Shown here: piece by piece, positions 28,904-38,920 of the stretch
Numbering within the stretch: the stretch's first letter is position 1
Layout: every line of letters starts with the position of its first letter
Assembly (NCBI GenBank): GCA_963729895.1
Contig: CAVSQB010000011.1
Span: 32,001 to 96,000, forward strand
DNA length: 64,000 bases
Direction: 5' to 3'
DNA from: an uncultured Fibrobacterota bacterium
GTDB lineage: Bacteria; Fibrobacterota; Chitinivibrionia; Chitinivibrionales; FEN-1185
The notes under the pieces: model-generated
Told to the model about the DNA's origin: nothing
The model's database searches: none
The model's input: the letters and a program-made list of their open reading frames with translations, nothing else
Program-made: the position numbers and the translations under genes

Positions 28904-30637
28904 ATGAAAAAAGCGATCATCATCGTAGGCGCCGTTCTCGTGTGCGCGGCCGCGGCGGCCGTGTACTGGTTCGTGTTCCGCAAGGACCTGAGCGACAAGA
29001 TCATCATCCCCTACATTGCGCACCAGAAGCCGCGTATAGATCCCCACGTGCCGAGCCCCGTTCCCATCGCCGACAAACTTGACGAAGTGGTGTTTGACGG
29101 CCTGTTCAACGTGTCCGCCAACCCGAGCGGCATCACCTACGAAGACGGGCTGGGCGAGTACATGGGCATCGACAAGAACAATGTGGTGAGCGTTCGTCTC
29201 AAGCAGGGAAAGAAGTGGCACTCAAGCTGGGCGGTTACCAGGGACAAAGAAAAAGTCACCATTACGCCCAGGCAGGATGTGCTGTTTTCGGCGCAGGACC
29301 TCAAGTTCACTTTGCGGCGCATCCAGAAGCTCGGCAGCCTCTCGCCCGATTACATCCTCGTCTCCCAGGCCGTGCCGGATTTCGATTTCTCCGGCCCGGA
29401 CAACGATAACGAGATCAAGTTCCAGTTCAAGGGCGACCGGCTCTGGGGGGAAGGCGATATCAAGGAGGTGCTGTCCTTCAAGATCCTGCCCGCCAATTCC
29501 GAAATGGACGCTCCGGCCTACAACATCGGAACAGGCCCGTACCTGCTCACCGGTGACTACGAAGACGTGATTTACTTCCACAAGATGCCCGACGGGACCG
29601 CGCCCATCACGAACTTCATACTCAAGCCGTTCATCGACAACAGCACCTATACCACCGAACTCAAGAACAGGAATATCAACACGCTGTTGTCGACTCCGTT
29701 CGGCGCCATCTCGCCGATCCTGGGCGACAGCACGCAATTTTTTCACAAGTCAAGCATTGCGACGTGTTTCTTCGCCATCTTCTACAATGTCGAACGGCTC
29801 AACCATGATCAGCGGCTCGCGCTTCGCAAGCTTGTCAACAACGAAATGGTGATGGACCGATTCTTCAAGATCAATTCTCAGCAGCAGCGCCACATCGCCA
29901 ATTACAAAGGGGAGGGCGACAATTACGCCGAATACCTGAACAACAGCGTGTTCCCCACCACGTCCTACTACGTGGAGGAAAAGGTCGTGACCCCGCTTGC
30001 CGCCAAAGATGGCCCCGATCCTTCGGTGCTGCCCGATACGGTCCGCATCCAGACCTGCCTCAACTACGATTTTCGTGAGGAATTGTCCGACCTTGTGGAA
30101 ATCCTCAACGACCCGGGCATGTTCCACGGCAAAATCAAGGTGAGCGCGGTCAGCAACGATGAAATAAGAAAGAGCAATTACGACGCGGTGCTGGTCCCGA
30201 TATCCGGGTACCGGAGCAACTTTCTGTTCGACCTGTATCCCATTTTCCTGCGCGAGCCCGATTTCGAGGCGTACCGGATCAACCTGCAGACGCTGGTTGA
30301 CAGCAAGGGAAAAGAAACGGCGGACCCGAAATGCTTCACGGCGAACAAAAACTTTTTCCACCTAGATCTGAACGGGTCGTCGTCCGAGCAGGAAGACGTC
30401 AAAAAGCTGCTCGACGACATCTACAGCTTCATGTCGACGCGTGAGATCGGCGACAAACAGGCCTATTCGCAGATGATAGACCAACTGGACCAGAAGCTTG
30501 CGCTCGGCTCGTGGTTGTTTTCCCTGCCGTCGCTTGCGTACTTCTCAACCCAGTTCGACGACAAGACGATAGATTTGTACGGAACGGCATCGCAGTTGTC
30601 AACTGTCAAGAAATGGCAGGAGCGGGCGAAGAAATAA
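28904..30637 (+). CDS. Divergent family-5 (Opp/Dpp-like) ABC substrate-binding protein
   Basis: N-terminal membrane anchor; VFDGLFN, FSAQDLKFTL, IGTGPY. Confidence 0.7.
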   Translation: MKKAIIIVGAVLVCAAAAAVYWFVFRKDLSDKIIIPYIAHQKPRIDPHVPSPVPIADKLDEVVFDGLFNVSANPSGITYEDGLGEYMGIDKNNVVSVRLKQGKKWHSSWAVTRDKEKVTITPRQDVLFSAQDLKFTLRRIQKLGSLSPDYILVSQAVPDFDFSGPDNDNEIKFQFKGDRLWGEGDIKEVLSFKILPANSEMDAPAYNIGTGPYLLTGDYEDVIYFHKMPDGTAPITNFILKPFIDNSTYTTELKNRNINTLLSTPFGAISPILGDSTQFFHKSSIATCFFAIFYNVERLNHDQRLALRKLVNNEMVMDRFFKINSQQQRHIANYKGEGDNYAEYLNNSVFPTTSYYVEEKVVTPLAAKDGPDPSVLPDTVRIQTCLNYDFREELSDLVEILNDPGMFHGKIKVSAVSNDEIRKSNYDAVLVPISGYRSNFLFDLYPIFLREPDFEAYRINLQTLVDSKGKETADPKCFTANKNFFHLDLNGSSSEQEDVKKLLDDIYSFMSTREIGDKQAYSQMIDQLDQKLALGSWLFSLPSLAYFSTQFDDKTIDLYGTASQLSTVKKWQERAKK

Positions 30638-30653
30638 AGAGGATACAAAATCT

Positions 30654-30795
30654 GGGGCGCCCCGCCGAAAGACGGCGGCGGCCCTCCTTACAGGCTCGGC
30701 TGTCGCCTCGTTGCCGGACCGCCCCCAATGCCTAACGGCGGGGTCGGCCGGTGACGCGCTCTGGCGCGCCTTCCAGTCCGGCCTGGCGCGAAAGA
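30654..30795 (+). repeat. Structured repeat family B copy 3
   Basis: GGGGCGCCCCGCCGAAAGACGGCGG...CGTTGCCGGACCGCCC...GGGTCGGCCGGTGACG...TGGCGCGAAAGA. Confidence 0.75.
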
Positions 30796-30861
30796 AGAAC
30801 AACAATAGCGCTCTCTGCCCTTAGTGGTGCTCACCTGCGAAGACGGAAGAAAAAAGTACCA

Positions 30862-31743
30862 ATGGCATTTCGATCAACAATTTTACTTCTTCTTTATATC
30901 TGTTCCGCCTCATATTCCCAGAAAACCTCAGACTTCATTATCCTTGCCCAGCCCCGCGACTACACCATTTTCAACCAATACGAGCAGCCGATTACCGAGG
31001 CCGAGAAAAAACTGTTTGCGCCGTTTGCTCCTTTGCAAATAAAGAACGATAACGAGGTCCTGGGCGACCAGATAACGCATGCGCTCAGGGCGGTTTTCGA
31101 GGGAGAGACCTGGTTTCTCGAGAAGGACGAGAACGGCAATCTGCTGGGCGACAAAGGGAAGCAGAACCGGCCGGTCTACAAGAAATGCCTTGTGCTCAAC
31201 GACACGGTGCAAATCGTAAATGGCCATGCGGTCTGTTTCTCGGAGAAATTTCCCCCTTCCGGACAGGCCGGATTTCTTGAAAAAGGGGATTTCGTTGAGC
31301 GCCTATTTTCCTACGGCGGCTATTGCTGCGTCAAGAGAATCGGTGCGCAGGTTCGCTACGGATGGAGTTCATTTGCACAGAAGGCGGCCTGGAAGCGCGT
31401 GGAACAGGTTGCGGAGAAGCTGGAGACGGGGCTCACAAGTTTCCTTTCGGAAAGGATCGTTCAGAGGTTCGCGGCCGCAAACAGGGCCTACAAGGAGTAT
31501 TTCGACCATTTCAACAAATTGACGAAGCAGGAAAGAAGTGTCCCCTTCTGGCGTTGCGAGACCAGGGGAAACGAGGTGTATTGTTCGCTGAATGCCCCGT
31601 ATAATGGGTCGTCCGATCTCGATGAAAGCACGCACTGTCTTGTGCGCGACATCGAGAACACGCTCATTGGAAAACACTACGTCGTTGTTCCAGGCAAGGG
31701 CGCTATGACGATACGGCCCGAAAGCGGAGGCGGCGGGCAATGA
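30862..31743 (+). CDS. Hypothetical exported protein within the ABC cluster
   Basis: Signal-peptide-like N-terminus; stop overlaps the next start (ATGA). Confidence 0.75.
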   Translation: MAFRSTILLLLYICSASYSQKTSDFIILAQPRDYTIFNQYEQPITEAEKKLFAPFAPLQIKNDNEVLGDQITHALRAVFEGETWFLEKDENGNLLGDKGKQNRPVYKKCLVLNDTVQIVNGHAVCFSEKFPPSGQAGFLEKGDFVERLFSYGGYCCVKRIGAQVRYGWSSFAQKAAWKRVEQVAEKLETGLTSFLSERIVQRFAAANRAYKEYFDHFNKLTKQERSVPFWRCETRGNEVYCSLNAPYNGSSDLDESTHCLVRDIENTLIGKHYVVVPGKGAMTIRPESGGGGQ

Positions 31744-32804
31744 AACGGAAACTGGTTGAACACGGCATGAGCATTGCCTTTGTGACTGCGGTATTGCTGT
31801 GCATCCTGTGTATGGTGCGGGCCGGGACGCAGGCGGGCATAGACAAAGAGAATGCTGCGTCGCGCCAGTACGGCGATCTTGGATTCGTTGATGTAAACGA
31901 CCCGTTTCACAAGGCCCTGCTCAAAGACGCGGTGAACATGTTTTATCCCGGCCAGTTCGAAAAAAACAACGCCGCCGTCGAATCGATCCTTGCGAACAGG
32001 GAAGACGAGTTCAGCAGGAAACTCCGGAAATCGAACGTAGAGGAGAGGCTTTCCTGGGGGAAATGCGGCCAGTTGCTGGGTATGTTCGTCAAGTTCGTTC
32101 TTGTGTATGCCGTTGTGATGCTTCTAACGTATTATGGCGTGCAGACGCTTGCCGTATTCCGCTTTGCCCGCAAGAAACTGCGCGTGCGGGCGTCAAAGAC
32201 GACGCTTCCCGGGGTACTATTGCTCATTGTCAAAACAGTCGGGAAGACTGCCGCCTATTTTGTTTTGTTCTCGCCGGCCTACGTGATAGCCTATTCGATC
32301 CGCACCGAATTCAATACCGACACGGTGATCTTCATGGCGCTTCTCGGCGTGATATCCAACGGCCTGCTCGTCACCTATGCGAACAAGTTCTATGCCTTTC
32401 TTGTGGCCGAAAGCAGGAAAGGGTATGTGGAAACCGCTGTTGTCAAGAACCTTGCGGCGTCCTATTCGCCGCGCGCAAGCGACGGAATACCGTACGGGTC
32501 GATGTTCCGGCCCATCAAGCATTTCAAGGGACACGTGTTCGAGCACATTTTTTCCAACGCACAACACCAGTACCTGTCCACCATCAAGGAACAGGCGTCG
32601 TTCCTCATCACCGGTCTCATCATCATCGAGATGGCGCTTAACATCCACGGCCATTTGAGCTACGAAATGCTGCGCCAGATGCTGTACAAGAACTGGGACA
32701 TCGTCATCGTCATCATCCTGGGAATATTTTATACCGTGAAGGGAACGGAAATTGTTGTTGATTATCTGGGGTTTAGGGCGGAGAAGAGGATTGAAAACAA
32801 GTAG
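31740..32804 (+). CDS. ABC transporter permease (OppB-like, divergent)
   Basis: Multiple TM segments; EAA-like ESRKGYVETA; ITGLIIIEMALNIHG. Confidence 0.75.
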   Translation: MKRKLVEHGMSIAFVTAVLLCILCMVRAGTQAGIDKENAASRQYGDLGFVDVNDPFHKALLKDAVNMFYPGQFEKNNAAVESILANREDEFSRKLRKSNVEERLSWGKCGQLLGMFVKFVLVYAVVMLLTYYGVQTLAVFRFARKKLRVRASKTTLPGVLLLIVKTVGKTAAYFVLFSPAYVIAYSIRTEFNTDTVIFMALLGVISNGLLVTYANKFYAFLVAESRKGYVETAVVKNLAASYSPRASDGIPYGSMFRPIKHFKGHVFEHIFSNAQHQYLSTIKEQASFLITGLIIIEMALNIHGHLSYEMLRQMLYKNWDIVIVIILGIFYTVKGTEIVVDYLGFRAEKRIENK

Positions 32805-32869
32805 GATGCAAGAGCCAGCCGCCCAGGACGTGGCTGAGATTGTTTATTAATGTGATGGAAAAAAACAAC

Positions 32870-32980
32870 GTCATTGCGAGCGCAGAGAAGGAATCTCATT
32901 TATGACCGCATTGTGTGTTCGCACGAATCCAATGAAACAACGATTGCCTAATGGGATCGCTTCGTTTCACTCGCAATGAC
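32870..32980. mobile_element. 111-bp MITE/REP-like element with 11-bp perfect terminal inverted repeats
   Basis: GTCATTGCGAG (32870-32880) ... CTCGCAATGAC (32970-32980). Confidence 0.75.
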
Positions 32981-33032
32981 ACCAGGTATTTATTGGTTTG
33001 GTAATCAGAAAGTCTGAATCACAGGAAGCAAA

Positions 33033-33884
33033 ATGTCTGGATTACTTCGCAACAAAGACTCCCGCTGGCTCGGCATCTGGCTCCTGGGCATCCTTGCCGT
33101 GGGAGTATGGGACAATCTGTTCCTCAACAAACCGGCCCTGCGCCAGGTAGCTGCCGGGTTTGTCAATACGTTCAGCATTGCTTTACTTGTCGTCATCTTT
33201 ACACTGCTCCTGGCATGGGGTGTCACGCTTGCGCTCCATTTTCTTGATGCGGGAAAGAACAAGACGCCGTACCTTTTGCTCACGTTCCTGTTGAACCTGA
33301 TACGTTCCATTCCGCAGATCGTGGGCATTCTTTTCGGGTATGTAGCGGTAAGCATGCTGGTGCAGGGCGAGTTCCTGAGAAGCGAGGCGGTGATCTTTCC
33401 GCTGCTCGCGTTCTGTATCAGCCTGTTCGTGTTCATAGAATTCGTCGACCTTATGCGGGAGCGTATCGCCCATTACCAAAAGCTTGATTTTTACAACGCG
33501 ATGCGCGTATGCGGCATTCCCGAGGGACGGGTGATCAATTTCGATATCTTGTGGAAGAACAGCCGGATCCACATACTCAATAAGCTGATCTCCGTATTCG
33601 GCGCCGCAATCTTCCTGCAGTGCAGCGTGGATTTCATCATTTCCGTGGGCCTCTCCACGGACGTGAACTCGGTGACCCTGCCGGCAACCATGGGCAGCTT
33701 GCTCGCCAAAATCGACAGCAAACAGGACATCCTTGCCATCGGGTACGCGCTGACGCATCCCGGATACGTCAGCAACCTGTTCTTCGAGCACCTGCTCGGA
33801 CTCACGGTGGCGTTCCTCATCGTCTTTTCCCTTATGTCTATATACCACATCGCGAACGGATACGCGGAGAGGCACCGGCTATGA
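33033..33884 (+). CDS. ABC transporter permease (OppC-like, divergent)
   Basis: TM segments, LIRSIP, EAA-like DFYNAMRVCGIPEGRVI. Confidence 0.75.
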   Translation: MSGLLRNKDSRWLGIWLLGILAVGVWDNLFLNKPALRQVAAGFVNTFSIALLVVIFTLLLAWGVTLALHFLDAGKNKTPYLLLTFLLNLIRSIPQIVGILFGYVAVSMLVQGEFLRSEAVIFPLLAFCISLFVFIEFVDLMRERIAHYQKLDFYNAMRVCGIPEGRVINFDILWKNSRIHILNKLISVFGAAIFLQCSVDFIISVGLSTDVNSVTLPATMGSLLAKIDSKQDILAIGYALTHPGYVSNLFFEHLLGLTVAFLIVFSLMSIYHIANGYAERHRL

Positions 33885-35398
33885 CCGCTGCAACGTATTC
33901 GGTACATATCCGCTCCGGAACGCGGACCATCGTGTCCACGGAAAACTACCAAGTATTCCAGGATGAGATTACCTTTCTTTTCGGAGAATCCGGCATCGGG
34001 AAATCGATGATCTCCAAGGCCGTATACGGCCTGCTCGATCTGGATGAACTTGACGTGACCGTCAATGCCCGGCCCTATGCTTCCCACCTCGACGGGGAAC
34101 CGGCGCGGAAGATGAGGGCAAACAGTTTCTTCGTATTTCAGGAGCCGTCGTCGCACCTCAATTCTCTCTTGAAAATTTCCGACCAGCTTCGCGAAGGCAG
34201 CCTGCGGCTGTCCACGGACGAAGAGGCTATTTTGGGCCGCTTGTGGCAGGACTCCGATGCCCAGGCGATTAGGCGGGTACTCGACGTGTTTCCCAAACCG
34301 TACCGTCCGAGCGGCGGTGAAAAACAGCGGGTGCTGCTCGCCATGGCATTCAAGAAAATCGACGTGCTCATGAGGACCGTTGGAGCCGGCGCCCCAAGCT
34401 TCTTCGTGTTCGACGAGCCGACGGGCAGCCTCGACAACAGGTATCGCAACCTGTTTCTCGAGTTGCTTTTCGAGAAGTTCCGCCAACGGCCGTTCACCGT
34501 CATGATCATCACGCACGACTATTCGGTGATAAGCGAACTCTACGCAAAATACGGCCGGCTTCTTCCAAGGATCCACCTCAAGGAATTGCGCCGGGGGGAA
34601 GGCACGCGCGTGGAGGTCGTGGACTTTTCCGCGCAGGAATATTTGAGCTGGCTTTCGGCCGGGATACAGAGGCCGCCCGCGTCTGGCGGGCCGGTTCTCG
34701 AAGTGGGTGCCCGCTTTTCGGTGTTCGGCAGGCAGTTGTGCCTGTACAAAGACCCGGCGCATGCGCAACCCGCGGACCTGGTGATCCGTAAGGGCGAAAT
34801 GGCGTATGTGAAGGCGCCGAGCGGCGTGGGCAAGACCACGCTTGCCAAGGCGATCATGGGACTCTATCCCGCGCAGCGTTTGACCATGACGCTCTGCGGC
34901 AAGCGAATAACGGAAAAGACCCGGACAAAGGTTTGGGACGCGGAAATCTGGGGCAAGAAGGCCGGCATGGTCTTCCAGCACGCCGACGAGTCGCTCAACC
35001 TTGCTGCATCGGTCAAGGAGACGTTCGCTGGGCTGCCCCTTGCGGAAAAACTGACTCCCGCACGGCTTGCCTCGGCGCTCGCCGAATTGTTCGAAAACGC
35101 GGTGACCGAATCGTTTCTCCGCAAGAAGGTGGCCATGCTGAGCGGCGGTCAGAAACAGCGGTTGAATCTGCTGAGGACAATTGTGCTCGGCACCGATCTG
35201 CTTATTCTTGACGAACCGCTTAACGGGCTCGATTTCCTGAGTGTCAAGAAAGTGCTGGCGATCCTCGACGCGAAACGGGGCCAGGGTTCGGCCCTCCTCA
35301 TGATATCCCACAACGAGGAGATCTTCGACCATTTTGTCGACAAAGAGAATGTGTATTATCTCGCGGAAATTGCGGATGAGAACCGTTCGGCTGAATAG
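33881..35398 (+). CDS. ABC transporter ATP-binding protein with two ATPase domains
   Basis: GESGIGKS / SGGEKQR / FDEP and APSGVGKT / LSGGQKQR / LDEP; ATG overlaps the permease stop. Confidence 0.92.
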   Translation: MTAATYSVHIRSGTRTIVSTENYQVFQDEITFLFGESGIGKSMISKAVYGLLDLDELDVTVNARPYASHLDGEPARKMRANSFFVFQEPSSHLNSLLKISDQLREGSLRLSTDEEAILGRLWQDSDAQAIRRVLDVFPKPYRPSGGEKQRVLLAMAFKKIDVLMRTVGAGAPSFFVFDEPTGSLDNRYRNLFLELLFEKFRQRPFTVMIITHDYSVISELYAKYGRLLPRIHLKELRRGEGTRVEVVDFSAQEYLSWLSAGIQRPPASGGPVLEVGARFSVFGRQLCLYKDPAHAQPADLVIRKGEMAYVKAPSGVGKTTLAKAIMGLYPAQRLTMTLCGKRITEKTRTKVWDAEIWGKKAGMVFQHADESLNLAASVKETFAGLPLAEKLTPARLASALAELFENAVTESFLRKKVAMLSGGQKQRLNLLRTIVLGTDLLILDEPLNGLDFLSVKKVLAILDAKRGQGSALLMISHNEEIFDHFVDKENVYYLAEIADENRSAE

Positions 35399-35475
35399 GA
35401 GCTCCGGGAGCCGGACGGGGAGGCGCGGTATCAAGATCGGAAGCCGGCAATCTCTGCATCAGGCGGCGCGGTTTC

Positions 35476-36012
35476 CTACGGGTAAAAATTGAAAACCGCC
35501 CACACGCTGCCCGAGGCCGCGGTGTAGAATCCCACAGAAACCTTGGTGTATGCGGTATTGGTCATATTGATGTAGTGGCCATGCTGCGAGTAAGGCTCGC
35601 CCGGACCTTCGTCCCACATGGCGGTAAGGCAGCCGTCAACAATCGAACCGGTTGATCCGTAACCCGGACATTCGTTTTGTGCCATCTCGCCGCACCGTCC
35701 GAACGCTCCATGCGCGACGCCGGTGATACAATCGCTTCTTGCTTCATAGTCGGAACACGTGTCTTTTGCCGGCAGGAAGGTGAGCGCCGGGAGGCCTACG
35801 GTGGCCCGAAGGGAATTGATTTTGTCAACACATTCAATTCGGGCGTTGGCGTAGGAGTCGACCCACGGGGAAGCGGATGGCTGAGATGACGATCCGCAGG
35901 AGAACGCAAGCGCCGCACAAACGGTTGCAAGAGCGGTGGTGAGAGGCGATGGCAGAAGGGTAGGGGTGCAATTGTCCCCGCCCACACCGAGTTGTCGAAG
36001 CGAGCCTGCCAT
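35476..36012 (-). CDS. CAP/SCP-domain protein (probable lipoprotein)
   Basis: INSLRATVGLPAL, HGAF, AQNEC, MWDEG...HGHYINM, VSVG; AFSC lipobox. Confidence 0.8.
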   Translation of the reverse strand: MAGSLRQLGVGGDNCTPTLLPSPLTTALATVCAALAFSCGSSSQPSASPWVDSYANARIECVDKINSLRATVGLPALTFLPAKDTCSDYEARSDCITGVAHGAFGRCGEMAQNECPGYGSTGSIVDGCLTAMWDEGPGEPYSQHGHYINMTNTAYTKVSVGFYTAASGSVWAVFNFYP

Positions 36013-36014
36013 CT

Positions 36015-36407
36015 TTATCTCGAAAAGTAATCTTTCATCGGCTTGAAGTAGAATTCCTGCCAACCTTTCCTGTATTCTGATGCCTGTCCTTGCGGAACCT
36101 CCTCATGCGTAAGGGTAAGCTCGGTTCCTTCCTTGACTTTTTCAAACTCGATTGTAAGAAGTGAGTCGGGGCTTTTGTCCGGGAATTCGGTTGTGCGCCA
36201 GCGCTGGACGATCTTCCGGTCTTTCACCAGCCGGGAAGTTGTTCCGCTGATGTAATTGTCCCATGCCGTAAACTTGCCGCCGACTTTTGGGGAAATCTTG
36301 GCGGGCGAGCCGGTAAAAGCGGAATGCTCTTTGCCGCTGAGCCAGGCGGAAAAGAGCCGGGCGGGCGGAACAGGGAAGACGGCGCTGATTGTAAAGGCAT
36401 TCTTCAT
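36015..36407 (-). CDS. SRPBCC/AHSA1-like domain protein
   Basis: LFSAWL, VGGKFTAW, KIVQRWR, GTELTLTH, GWQEFYF. Confidence 0.9.
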   Translation of the reverse strand: MKNAFTISAVFPVPPARLFSAWLSGKEHSAFTGSPAKISPKVGGKFTAWDNYISGTTSRLVKDRKIVQRWRTTEFPDKSPDSLLTIEFEKVKEGTELTLTHEEVPQGQASEYRKGWQEFYFKPMKDYFSR

Positions 36408-36654
36408 GATAGGATCCTTTCGCACGGTATCGAGACCGGCCACGACCTTCGGATAAAATATATCTTATCAAGGATGAGGTTCAGGATATGGTGGGGCCAC
36501 ACGAACGGATTGGATCGTTCATGGTATCCGCGCGGTGCTGGTTTGGCGATGAAAGTACTTTTCCCGTACCTGGTATGCATTTATTTTTGAGTCGTGCGGG
36601 AGTGCCTGCCCGAACAGGCTGAACATTGAATTAAACGATTAAAGGAGGCTCGCT

Positions 36655-37284
36655 TTGAGGCCCATCATTTTTCTGAAGTCTTTTTTCGTTGTTGCCCTGG
36701 CTTGCACCTTTGTTTTTGCAAAGGACATGATCCTTACCACGCTTGATGGGCAGAAGATAATTCTGCACGAGGACAACACCTGGGTTTTCCAAAGCGGGAA
36801 GAAGACCGAAATCGAGAGAGACTTTACCGTGCCCGTGACCGGCGGAAAGATCGTCCTGATCGCCACGGACGGCACCTGGGGTTTTGTCGAAAAGGAAATC
36901 GTCAACCAGGAGGAGTTTGTAAAGGCCGATTCGATCGTGGGAAACGGCCACTCGCTGAACAAAGACGTGACGGCAGCAAACGCGGAAGCGCAGAAACTGG
37001 CCCTTGCCCAGACGGTTTCCAGGATGAAAGTTGCCTTGGGCAAGCTGAAGATCGATCCGTCGAAGGTTGCCGATTGTGTCAAGCGAGTCGAAAAGGACGT
37101 GAGCAAAAAAGAGGATTTCCTGCAGGGAAAAGGCTGGGATGTTTCCGTGCGCGTGTTTCTCGACCGGGGAAGCATTCTTGCGGTTGCCGATTGCGCCATG
37201 AAGAAAGGGGATGAGTCACCCGATTCCACCAAGAGGGCCGCCGGAGCCAAAAAGAAATCGGGAAAGGAACCGGCGCCGAAATAG
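36655..37284 (+). CDS. Exported hypothetical protein with duplicated DUF3157-like N-terminal motif
   Basis: AAAGGAGG RBS, signal peptide, TLDGQKIILHEDNTW / VTGGKIVLIATDGTW. Confidence 0.75.
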   Translation: MRPIIFLKSFFVVALACTFVFAKDMILTTLDGQKIILHEDNTWVFQSGKKTEIERDFTVPVTGGKIVLIATDGTWGFVEKEIVNQEEFVKADSIVGNGHSLNKDVTAANAEAQKLALAQTVSRMKVALGKLKIDPSKVADCVKRVEKDVSKKEDFLQGKGWDVSVRVFLDRGSILAVADCAMKKGDESPDSTKRAAGAKKKSGKEPAPK

Positions 37285-37351
37285 GGCCGTATGGCTCATT
37301 GATCGGGAAGCCAATTCACGGGGACACGATGCAAGGTTTCCACCGGATTTC

Positions 37352-38920
37352 CTACCGCCCGAACTCCCGCTCGTCGTATTCGAAAAGATTTCCCCTGTTG
37401 AGCAGCCACTGCGGGTCAAGTGCGGTTTTTATTCTTTTCATTTCCTCTATGGCATCCTGCCCGAACATTCTGCCGAGATAAGCAGTTTTGAGTTTTCCGA
37501 TCCCGTGTTCCGCGGAAACCGTTCCCCCGTACGAGATCGTGCTATCCATCATTTCTTCGTACAGTTCCTTCGCTCTCGCAAGTTCGGCTTCGTTTTTCGG
37601 AACCAGGTTGATATGCAGGTGAAAATCGCCAAGGTGGCCGAAGACGGCGTGTTCGATGCCGCTTGCGGTTATGGCATCGATGTACTCGCCGAAGGCCTTC
37701 TCGAAGACGGGCGCCGGCAGCGCAGTGTCCGTGGAAATCTTGCGGATGTCCGCGCAGTCGCGTTTGCGGCGCGCGATGGCGCTGTTGACGGCTTCAGGAA
37801 TGGCATGCCGGATCGCCTTGAGCAGTTCGATTTCATTCCGGTCAAAGCCGCTCCAGGTTGATTCGAAGGACGAACCGTGCGAAACGAGCATGGTTTCCCA
37901 TGCGTCCATCCGGCTGTCGAAGGCCTCGTCCGGAGCTTCCATATATTCCCAATAGACCGCGTATCGTTTGTTGGGCGGCAATTGGGGCACCCGGAAGGGA
38001 AGTTCGCTCGCGGACAATTCGAGAAAGCGCAGCGCGCTTTGGTCGAAATATTCTATTGCGGACACACGAGCGATAGGGCGCAGAAACGCGGCCGCGCCGA
38101 ACGCCGCATTCCTGTCCGGAAAGAAGCTGAGTCCGGCCGCGAAGCGTGGATTCTTCACCAGGCGGACGCCTACGCCGGTAAAAATGCCGAGCGTCCCTTC
38201 GGAACCGATCAACAGGTCGATGATGTCCATATCGGGGGCGGCGTAATAACCGCACGCGTTCTTGACGGCAGGATAGCGGTATGACGGCACGGCAACGGTG
38301 AGCGCCGTGTTCTGGTCGGTTGTTGCACGCAGCACCCCGCCGCGCGCCGGGCAACTGCCGCGCAACAGCGTGAGTGCATCGCCGCCTGCAAGCACACAGG
38401 ACAGGCGGACTACGTGCGAGCGCGTGGGCCCAAAGCGAAAGGAGCGCGCGCCCGACGCGTTTGTGGCAACCGTGCCGCCGAGGTGCGCGGTCGATTCGGT
38501 TGGATCGGGCGCATAGAGCCATTGGTCCGCGCCGAGGAGCGCCGAGCCCTCGACGGGAACGGGCCAGGCCTGCGGGTCCCTCAGAAATTCCGCCAGTTTG
38601 GCGAGCGTCACGCCCGGGTCGCACTGCAGAACAAGGGAACCGTCGTCCTCGCGCGAAACGCGGTGAATGCGGTCCATGTCCGAGAAACAAATGGCGATGC
38701 ATCCGTCAATGGGAACGCTGCCGCCCGTGATGCCGGTCTTGCCGCCGATGACGGTAATCGGTTGTGCGTTGCGGCGCGCATCAAGCACCGCCTGGCGGAC
38801 ATCAAGAGCGGTCCGGGGAAAATACACGGCGTCTGGAATGCCCGATGTAAAGCTGGATTCGTCGTGGAGAAGGTCGGGAAGCGTTTCCGCAATTGTCTGC
38901 CGGCCGGAAATTGTTTTCAT
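37352..38920 (-). CDS. FAD-binding oxidoreductase (GlcD / D-2-hydroxyacid dehydrogenase family)
   Basis: GGKTGITGG, GGTVATNASG, GSEGTLGI, GHLGDFHLH, SAEHGIGKLK, LDPQWLLN. Confidence 0.92.
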   Translation of the reverse strand: MKTISGRQTIAETLPDLLHDESSFTSGIPDAVYFPRTALDVRQAVLDARRNAQPITVIGGKTGITGGSVPIDGCIAICFSDMDRIHRVSREDDGSLVLQCDPGVTLAKLAEFLRDPQAWPVPVEGSALLGADQWLYAPDPTESTAHLGGTVATNASGARSFRFGPTRSHVVRLSCVLAGGDALTLLRGSCPARGGVLRATTDQNTALTVAVPSYRYPAVKNACGYYAAPDMDIIDLLIGSEGTLGIFTGVGVRLVKNPRFAAGLSFFPDRNAAFGAAAFLRPIARVSAIEYFDQSALRFLELSASELPFRVPQLPPNKRYAVYWEYMEAPDEAFDSRMDAWETMLVSHGSSFESTWSGFDRNEIELLKAIRHAIPEAVNSAIARRKRDCADIRKISTDTALPAPVFEKAFGEYIDAITASGIEHAVFGHLGDFHLHINLVPKNEAELARAKELYEEMMDSTISYGGTVSAEHGIGKLKTAYLGRMFGQDAIEEMKRIKTALDPQWLLNRGNLFEYDEREFGR

